From an uncultured Actinomycetes bacterium (GTDB lineage: Bacteria > Actinomycetota > Acidimicrobiia > Acidimicrobiales > RAAP-2): a DNA stretch of 54,786 nucleotides. Within the stretch, counting starts at the first letter, position 1; the number at the start of each line of letters is the position of its first letter. The position numbers and the translations under genes were made by a program. The stretch covers positions 1 through 54,786 of the forward strand of contig CAINHL010000023.1 of NCBI GenBank assembly GCA_903848885.1, given 5' to 3'. The notes under the pieces were generated by a model. The model saw only the letters and a program-made list of their open reading frames with translations, had not been told where the DNA came from and did no database searches. This document shows, in pieces, positions 53,791-54,786 of the stretch.

Positions 53791-54786
53791 GTGTTAACTC
53801 GCAATCCCAAGGCCACTCTGCGGAGTTTGATGCTCATCGTCTTCATTCAGTGGATGGGGGCATCACTGGGTCTTCCCCTCTTCCCCCTCTTTCTTCGCCA
53901 TCGTGGGGGTACCCCCACGATGATCGGCCTCATCATGGCATCCTTCTTCGTGGCGGGACTCTGCACGCAATTCGCCATTGGTCACCTGAGCGACCGCTTC
54001 GGGCGTCGACCCATTCTGATTGTCGGGCTTTTGTCCTACGGCCTGGCCAGTTTCTTCTACGCCCTGCCGCTGCGCGCTGATTGGTTCATCGTCGCCCGCG
54101 TGGTTCAAGGGGCCAGTGCTGGTGCCATTGAGGTTGCTTCGCTGGCGGCCGTGGCCGCCCTCTTCGACGAGAGCGAGCGCGGACGCGCTATTTCCCGGAT
54201 TTTTGCCGCCCAACTCTTCGGTTTCGCCATGGGTCCCTTGGCGGGTTCAACCATTGGGGTGAACCAGTTGCAATGGGCTTTCATGGCCACCGGTATTGCG
54301 AGCTGTCTGGCCTCATTCCGCGCCCTCCGCAGCGACCTCGGCGACCGCGTTCAGAACGATTCGGTTCTGCCTCCCATTCAATGGTCCTCGCGCATCGTTG
54401 GATCCCTGGTGGCCGCCAGCGCCGGAGGGTTAATGGTGGGCGTCTACGAATCCTGCTGGAGCTTGCTGATGACCAATCATCACGCCAGCACCTTTCAGAT
54501 TCGTCTGAGTTGGACCTTTTTTTGTCTGCCGTGGGTCATTCTCAGTCCCCTCGGTGGTTATCTGGCCGATCACGCCAATCGCAAGATGGTGGCCATCGCC
54601 GGCACCGTTAATGGCGCAGTGTTTATGGCTATCTACCCCCACATGCACAACAACCACATCTTGCTCTTTCTGGGTGCGCTCGAATCCGTGGGTACCTCAC
54701 TCTCGATGCCGTCCATCTCGTCCCTGCTAACCCAAGGTGCAGTGGACAGGGAATTCGGTCGCCGCCAAGGTCTTTCGACTACTTCG
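53791..54786 (+). CDS. MFS transporter, cut by the window edge (not in ORF track)
   Basis: MLTRNPKATLRSLMLIVFIQWMG...GHLSDRFGRR motif A; TAGCGT-N7-GTG. Confidence 0.88.
   Translation, partial: MLTRNPKATLRSLMLIVFIQWMGASLGLPLFPLFLRHRGGTPTMIGLIMASFFVAGLCTQFAIGHLSDRFGRRPILIVGLLSYGLASFFYALPLRADWFIVARVVQGASAGAIEVASLAAVAALFDESERGRAISRIFAAQLFGFAMGPLAGSTIGVNQLQWAFMATGIASCLASFRALRSDLGDRVQNDSVLPPIQWSSRIVGSLVAASAGGLMVGVYESCWSLLMTNHHASTFQIRLSWTFFCLPWVILSPLGGYLADHANRKMVAIAGTVNGAVFMAIYPHMHNNHILLFLGALESVGTSLSMPSISSLLTQGAVDREFGRRQGLSTTS

Overview
GC-rich, gene-dense chromosomal segment of an actinobacterium. Acidimicrobiia-like is an inference from gene types and order, not a database result. It holds about 52 CDS and no rRNA, tRNA, CRISPR, IS or phage features that I can see. 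Main content: leuA and ilvBNC/ilvD (leuA and ilvB each behind a leader-peptide attenuator missing from the ORF track), serA/serC/aspartate aminotransferase, gatCAB, iscS-mnmA-ligA, a type 2 ileS with a GLHH motif, an Lrp-linked amine catabolism module with alanine dehydrogenase, a Rieske oxygenase operon, and a LexA-box-controlled imuA-imuB-dnaE2 cassette facing away from a SRAP/YedK gene. Most notable: (1) a PASTA-domain kinase with degenerate catalytic motifs, tightly followed by a small CxxC/HxHxH HIT-like protein downstream of ligA; (2) a stripped-down ImuB; (3) two unannotated small membrane proteins; (4) a pervasive leaderless promoter pattern (TANNNT-N6-start), including one candidate bidirectional promoter. 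Several starts were moved from the ORF track using RBS, -10 and overlap evidence.
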